From positions 4,103-68,102 of the forward strand of contig JBGVLG010000205.1 in NCBI GenBank assembly GCA_045124155.1: 64,000 nt of DNA. The letters run 5' to 3'. Made by a program: the position numbers and the translations under genes. How positions within the stretch are numbered: position 1 is the stretch's first letter; each line of letters begins with the position of its first letter. Positions 59,126-64,000 of the stretch are shown here, piece by piece. The notes below the pieces were generated by a model. The model was not told where the DNA came from. It ran no database searches and saw nothing but the letters and a program-made list of their open reading frames with translations. This stretch comes from Anaeroplasma sp. GTDB lineage: Bacteria > Bacillota_I > Bacilli_A > Acholeplasmatales > Anaeroplasmataceae.

Positions 59126-60880
59126 TTAAATTGCTTTAATTTCGTCAACAATTGTACCATTAAGGTTTCTATTGCCAACTAAAATTTGATAGCTTGGATA
59201 TGCAAATGGAACTGTATAATCTTCATTTGCAAAAATACTTAATATACCAGTAACCTTATATTTTTTACCAGTTGTAAAAGAACTCTTGTCATATGATGGA
59301 GCTAAGGCACCATTAACACGTACCTGAAGACAATCAGGACTATAACTCATTGTTACTTCTTCTAAATTAGCTTTCACATCACTTGATAAGTTTGCATATT
59401 CTGTACTTGAATAAAACTCAAGTTCTTTTGTGGTATTATTAACATATGCTAATTTGAAATCCTTCATAGCATTTGAATCAGTTAATGAATAATTGTTATT
59501 TTTATCATATGAGCCAATTGAGCCTAAATTTAAGGTATAGGTTACTAATTTACCTAAATGGCTCTTAATTTCTGTAAATGACATACCATCAATATTAATT
59601 GGGGTTGGCATAGGTACAACTTCATTTGGATCTGTTACAAGTGAGAATGTAGATGTTTTAAATACAACATCTGACATTTGATATTGGCCACCATATTCAC
59701 ATAAACGACCACGAATTCTAATTGTATCACCAACATTGTAAACATCAGAAATTGAATTACCATTAATACCCATATAAATATATAATGGAGTACCTTGTTT
59801 ATCCTCAATATAGAAATTGCTTCCTATATATCTAGTAATAACTCCTGTTAATTCTACATAAGTACCACGAGTCATTAAGGTATCAATTTGTTTAATTGCT
59901 TCAGTAATAGATAACTTAGTAGGATTCTTTGAATAATCATAATTTGGATCTGTTTCACCTTGAACACGTAAATCAGTTCCAGTTTTTGCCATACGATTTC
60001 CAGCTTCAAAGAATAATTCACTTAATAATAATGAACCATATCTTTTTGTTGTTTCACCTGATATTGAATCAGTTACAGTATCATATCTACCATATAATAA
60101 TGGTTCAGTAGATTTTTTAGCATAATATCCATATCTTGAAGTCTTAAAGAAGACACTTTCAGTATAGCATTCTTCTATCATATCTAATTGATATGAACGA
60201 TAATTACTTAAATTTTCAGGATCTTGTCCTTGTGGACAATACCAAACAAGAGCTAACCAACGAGTACCATTTGAATCTAGTCTTGTTGAATAATTTCTTT
60301 CAGCATCATTATCTGTTCTAATATCTAAGGCATCAACAATAATACCTTCAGCATTTTTTAATAAGCTCTTACAATAATTAGATGCAGCCTTACCCCATGG
60401 ATCAATTGATGAAGTAGATTCTGGTGTATCAATACCAGTAAAACGAATAGTAACATATTCATATGATTTACCCGCTACTGTATAAGTATCTCTTTCACCA
60501 TTATTTAAATAAAACACTGCTGTATCGCCATCTGTAACGGATTTTAATTCCATTTTAGCAATACCATCTGCAATAAAATTACCACTTAGTTTACCATTAC
60601 TATCCTTACCAATTGTAGGATTTAAAACTCCAAGATTTAACTTATTTGAAAAATAATGATCATATGGAGTTTCCTTATCAGCAGGAACATCATAATATGA
60701 TGCACCTGGATTAACTACAGGAGCAGTTGTTGTAGGATGAGTGTTTATACTAGTAGTAGATGTTGGAATACTAGTTCCACTAGTTGATAAATCTACTGAA
60801 GGAGCTTCATTATTACATGATGCCAGAGTAAATCCACATAATATTGCTAAAGATATAATTCCTAATTTTACTTTTTTCAT
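59126..60880 (-). CDS. Staphylococcal-nuclease (SNase/thermonuclease) lipoprotein with C-terminal OB-fold modules
   Basis: 584 aa. Lipobox GFTLAS-C-NNE. SNase catalytic pattern VTDGDTAVF...VTIRFTGIDTPES...SNGTRWLALVW (Ca ligands, Arg and Glu equivalents present). OB-like GTYVELTGVITRYIGSNFYIEDKQGTPLYIY...VGDTIRIRGRLCEYGGQYQM. Confidence 0.85.
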   Translation of the reverse strand: MKKVKLGIISLAILCGFTLASCNNEAPSVDLSTSGTSIPTSTTSINTHPTTTAPVVNPGASYYDVPADKETPYDHYFSNKLNLGVLNPTIGKDSNGKLSGNFIADGIAKMELKSVTDGDTAVFYLNNGERDTYTVAGKSYEYVTIRFTGIDTPESTSSIDPWGKAASNYCKSLLKNAEGIIVDALDIRTDNDAERNYSTRLDSNGTRWLALVWYCPQGQDPENLSNYRSYQLDMIEECYTESVFFKTSRYGYYAKKSTEPLLYGRYDTVTDSISGETTKRYGSLLLSELFFEAGNRMAKTGTDLRVQGETDPNYDYSKNPTKLSITEAIKQIDTLMTRGTYVELTGVITRYIGSNFYIEDKQGTPLYIYMGINGNSISDVYNVGDTIRIRGRLCEYGGQYQMSDVVFKTSTFSLVTDPNEVVPMPTPINIDGMSFTEIKSHLGKLVTYTLNLGSIGSYDKNNNYSLTDSNAMKDFKLAYVNNTTKELEFYSSTEYANLSSDVKANLEEVTMSYSPDCLQVRVNGALAPSYDKSSFTTGKKYKVTGILSIFANEDYTVPFAYPSYQILVGNRNLNGTIVDEIKAI

Positions 60881-60892
60881 ATAATCACAATC

Positions 60893-62497
60893 CTAGTTCA
60901 TATTCTTTTCTAACTTAATTCTTGATTTAGCTAGTTCATTATAGAATGCAGTCATTGCTTGATCAAATGTCTTATTATATAAATACATATCGTTTACACA
61001 AGTTTCTAGATTATCACGAACAACAGATGAACCATTAAATGCTGGATCTGTATAATAATAATCAATTTCTGCAATTGCGGAATTAATACCCTTTGAAACT
61101 GCTGAATTTTGTAAATAGAACATCTTATCATCAGCATTTGTTAATTTTGATAAATCCCAGCTTGCACAATCTAATAATCTCTTGAAATCAGCTGATTCTC
61201 TTGCTGAATTACGAACAGGTAAATAACCAGTTGAAGTTGAAAAGAATACTTGATTTTCAGCATTTGATAAATATTTAGTTAATAACCAAGCTGCCATCAT
61301 TTGATAATTATCTGATGCCTTACTTAATATCGCAAGATTAGTACCTTGTTGAATAACTGCTTGAGTATCTGTAGCACCATAACCCTTTTGCGGTACTGTA
61401 GTAGTTTTTAATTCATAATTCTTAGAATCATTATTCTTAACACCTGCAGTAGAACCAATTGAAATAAAGGCTTTTCTTACTGCCATATATGAAGAACCAT
61501 ATGAACCTGTACCACCTGCTTGAGGGAATTGGAATAAATTATTCTTAGCTTGATTTAAGAAATATGTTTGAGCCTCATAATTTGATTTATTATATGCAGT
61601 AACTACACCAACACCATTAGAATTAATCATAGTGTATTTACCAGTACCACCCCATTGACGAGATGTTGTAATAAAGAAATTTGATTGGCTATCTACATAT
61701 ACTGGATATTTCATATCAGAATCTACATTATATGTACCGCCATTATGAGTATAAGAAATAGTAGATTTATTGCTAACAATATATTGACTTACCTCAAATA
61801 ATTGTTCCCAAGTAGGATTATCCCATGTACCTTTTTCTGATAACCAGCCCTTTGACTCTAAAATTGGATCAACTACATTTGAATTATAATACATAATTTC
61901 AGTTGATTTATTAAAAGGGATACCAGCAACAGAAGTTTTTCCTTCAATAAGCATTTGAGTTTCTTCCCAATATGATTTAACAAAATCATTTGAAGTTGTA
62001 GTAACATCTTCTAATGCTATATCAGGGTTAGTATTATATACATATGAATCTAATGGTAATAATAAATTTTGTTTAATATAATCAGCAAAATGGTCTGGAT
62101 AACCTAATACAAGTGTAGGAATAGAACCACTATCTGCACCTAGGTTAACAGCACTACGAAGCCCATCATAGCCTCCGCCCTTATTAACGATATTGACATC
62201 AATATTGAAGCCCTTATCAGTCATTTCAGATTCAAAATTTTCAACAAGCTCAATTAGTGGGGCAGATACTGCATCACCAAATGAATGCCAAAAATCAAAT
62301 TTAACTGTTTTACCATTCTTTAATTCATTATAAACACTTGTTAAGTTTTCATCCTCTATAGGAGTAATTGTAGTTTGACTGTTTTGATTTGATGTAGCTG
62401 AAGAGTCTGAACTACCATTTGAAACCTGTCCACATGATGCAAGTGTAACACCTAAAGCCATTGTCATGGCTGTTGTGAAGAATATCTTCTTTTTCAT
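60893..62497 (-). CDS. ABC transporter substrate-binding lipoprotein (SBP family 1, CUT1-like), ligand unknown
   Basis: 534 aa. Lipobox GVTLAS-C-GQV. Mature part has VKFDFWHSFGD and a typical two-lobe SBP pattern. Roughly 100 aa longer than usual sugar SBPs. Confidence 0.8.
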   Translation of the reverse strand: MKKKIFFTTAMTMALGVTLASCGQVSNGSSDSSATSNQNSQTTITPIEDENLTSVYNELKNGKTVKFDFWHSFGDAVSAPLIELVENFESEMTDKGFNIDVNIVNKGGGYDGLRSAVNLGADSGSIPTLVLGYPDHFADYIKQNLLLPLDSYVYNTNPDIALEDVTTTSNDFVKSYWEETQMLIEGKTSVAGIPFNKSTEIMYYNSNVVDPILESKGWLSEKGTWDNPTWEQLFEVSQYIVSNKSTISYTHNGGTYNVDSDMKYPVYVDSQSNFFITTSRQWGGTGKYTMINSNGVGVVTAYNKSNYEAQTYFLNQAKNNLFQFPQAGGTGSYGSSYMAVRKAFISIGSTAGVKNNDSKNYELKTTTVPQKGYGATDTQAVIQQGTNLAILSKASDNYQMMAAWLLTKYLSNAENQVFFSTSTGYLPVRNSARESADFKRLLDCASWDLSKLTNADDKMFYLQNSAVSKGINSAIAEIDYYYTDPAFNGSSVVRDNLETCVNDMYLYNKTFDQAMTAFYNELAKSRIKLEKNMN

Positions 62498-62512
62498 TTT
62501 ATTTCTCCTTTT

Positions 62513-63400
62513 TTATCCTTTTATACCAGAACGAGATACACCGTTCATAATATACTTCCTAAATACGATAAACGCAATTAATAATGGTAATGAAACAAGT
62601 AGCATACCAGCCATTACGTAGTTTGTATTTACTAAACCTGAATCATTTCTAAACATTTCCATTATACCATTTGTAACAAGATTCATTTCCTTTCTACTTG
62701 TTACTGTACGAGGCCAAATATAAGCATTCCAGCTACCAATCATTGAAAGAATGGTAATTGTAATAATATTTGGTCTAGCAATAGGGATCATAACCTTCCA
62801 TAAATAACCAAAGTCAGTTACACCATCTACTTTAGCAGCATAATATAATTCATTAGGAATTTGTCTGAAATTTTGTCTTAAGAAGAAGGTATAAAATACA
62901 CTAGTAATAAATGGTACTATTAACGCTGTATAAGTATCTAGCCAACCAAAATTAGCTACAGTAGTAAAGTTTGTAATAATCATCATTTCACCAGGAATCA
63001 TCATTGTAGCTAGTAATATTGAGAATATTAATTCTTTACCTCTAAATTGTAATCTAGCAAAAGCAAACGCTGCAAGAACTGTAATAATTACAGTTAATAT
63101 TGTTGAAACCGTACCTACTAATAAGGTATTTCCCATATAACGCCAAATCATAGAATATTTTTCATCTGTAAAAAATATACTTAAATTAAATGTCCATTCC
63201 TTTGGAAATAGTCCTTGTGCTACTGTAGTATCTTGAATTTCAGCAGTTGATTTAAATGCTGAGAAAATCATCCACATAAATGGAATTAATGTAAATAATG
63301 CAAAGAAAGTTAATACTAAATATAGAATAATATCTTTAATTAATTTTGCTGCTTTATATCTTCTTTCTTCACTTACACTATTAAAATATCTTTCTTCCAT
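62513..63400 (-). CDS. CUT1 ABC transporter permease (UgpE/MalG-like)
   Basis: EAA loop YYAAKVDGVTDFGYLWKVMIPIARP. Start trimmed to the ATG at 63400 (MEERYF...), 6 nt after GGAGG. The upstream GTG extension overlaps the previous gene. Confidence 0.9.
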   Translation of the reverse strand: MEERYFNSVSEERRYKAAKLIKDIILYLVLTFFALFTLIPFMWMIFSAFKSTAEIQDTTVAQGLFPKEWTFNLSIFFTDEKYSMIWRYMGNTLLVGTVSTILTVIITVLAAFAFARLQFRGKELIFSILLATMMIPGEMMIITNFTTVANFGWLDTYTALIVPFITSVFYTFFLRQNFRQIPNELYYAAKVDGVTDFGYLWKVMIPIARPNIITITILSMIGSWNAYIWPRTVTSRKEMNLVTNGIMEMFRNDSGLVNTNYVMAGMLLVSLPLLIAFIVFRKYIMNGVSRSGIKG

Positions 63401-63410
63401 TGGGCACCTC

Positions 63411-64000
63411 CTAGTAATGAACACGTTTCTTATTATATAGCATTTGGAATCCAGTCACTATCATAATAAGTATGAATAATACTACTGCAGATGCAGAAGA
63501 TACAGGAAGTAATTGCCATTGAGAAGCACCAGTAACCTGATTGAAGCTATTATAAATATATCCGACAGCAGTCATGAATTGTGAATCACTACCACTACCC
63601 ATTGTATCACCATAAATAGCTACAATAGATGAATATGCTTTAAAGGCACCAATTAATGATGTAATTGTTATATATAAAACCATTGGTGATAATAATGGTA
63701 GAGTAATTTTTCTAAATACTCTCCATTTAGAAGCACCATCTAGCTGAGCAGCTTGATAATATTGCTTATCTATACCTTGAATACCACCAACAAATACCAA
63801 AATCTTAAATGCTAGTCCATTCCAAATTGTATAAGTAATAATAACAATCGCACCAGCCCACATTGCAACTGTTTTATCAGTTAAACCTTCAATAGGAATA
63901 TCTCCTATCCAGTTAATTGCTGCATTAAACATTCCATTTATTAAACCATTCCAAGAGAAAATTGAAGCAAATACCATACCAAAGGCAATACCATTAGTAA
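63411..64000 (-). CDS. CUT1 ABC transporter permease (UgpA/MalF-like), C-terminal ~195 codons (5' end beyond right edge)
   Basis: EAA loop YQAAQLDGASKWRVFRKITLPLLSP. The reading frame stays open from the track ATG (63977) to the window edge (...TNGIAFGMVF...). Confidence 0.85.
   Translation of the reverse strand, partial: TNGIAFGMVFASIFSWNGLINGMFNAAINWIGDIPIEGLTDKTVAMWAGAIVIITYTIWNGLAFKILVFVGGIQGIDKQYYQAAQLDGASKWRVFRKITLPLLSPMVLYITITSLIGAFKAYSSIVAIYGDTMGSGSDSQFMTAVGYIYNSFNQVTGASQWQLLPVSSASAVVLFILIMIVTGFQMLYNKKRVHY

Noticed and set aside
1-64000. Mollicutes genetic code 4 (TGA = Trp).
   Set aside because: TGA ends a well-defined gene: the KdgT-family gene stops at 26508-26510 in an ATGA overlap with budA. 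All conserved proteins are full length under the standard code with no need for TGA read-through.
1-64000. CRISPR arrays, tRNA/rRNA genes, IS elements, integrases, prophage or restriction/toxin-antitoxin/defence genes.
   Set aside because: No intergenic region contains regularly spaced repeats or GC-rich cloverleaf-like sequence. No ORF shows transposase, recombinase, endonuclease-methylase or known defence motifs. The window looks like core chromosome plus metabolic accessory genes.

Overview
Very AT-rich chromosomal segment (by eye about 70% A+T). It reads cleanly with the standard bacterial code: TAA, TAG and TGA all end well-supported genes. I count 53 protein genes plus 1 pseudogene, and only 5 genes are on the plus strand. 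I found no rRNA, tRNA, CRISPR array, transposase, integrase or phage genes. Synteny (tilS-hpt-ftsH-rqcP, rplKAJL followed by a YbxB-like methyltransferase, YitT) points to a low-GC Gram-positive-type lineage. All 8 predicted exported proteins are lipoproteins and none has LPXTG. Together with a Mycoplasma-like nuclease/ABC operon, this suggests an Erysipelotrichia/Mollicutes-like, possibly wall-less organism; this is inference only.

Blocks:
1. 1-11.4 kb: de novo purine operon purL-C-F-M-N-H-D-folD behind a guanine riboswitch, with divergent purE.
2. 11.5-20.2 kb: pyrR, fhs, a divergent PEP-carboxykinase-like protein, YebC, a ClpC-like ATPase with a dead second AAA module, and hflX.
3. 20.3-25.4 kb: a three-gene operon of unknown function, YitT and metG.
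4. 25.8-32.4 kb: acetolactate decarboxylase plus a KdgT-family permease with a divergent PucR regulator, a LysR/MATE pair and an HD protein.
5. 32.5-35.5 kb: rplKAJL with L10- and L1-type leader RNAs.
6. 35.6-49.4 kb: starch/maltodextrin locus with lipoprotein pullulanase and amylase, two RDD-type membrane proteins, and a CUT1 ABC transporter whose MalF-like permease carries a ~600-aa N-terminal extension.
7. 49.9-55.3 kb: Sel1-repeat protein, rqcP, ftsH, hpt, tilS.
8. 55.4-56.3 kb: MarR plus a decayed Fe-alcohol-dehydrogenase pseudogene.
9. 56.4-64.0 kb: one operon encoding ABC permeases, a binding lipoprotein, a staphylococcal-nuclease lipoprotein and a multi-OB-fold surface lipoprotein.

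The best candidates for undescribed biology are block 9 (candidate extracellular nucleic-acid capture/uptake system) and the rewired PEPCK-like enzyme coupled to fhs. All homology statements come from reading motifs by eye; no database search was possible.
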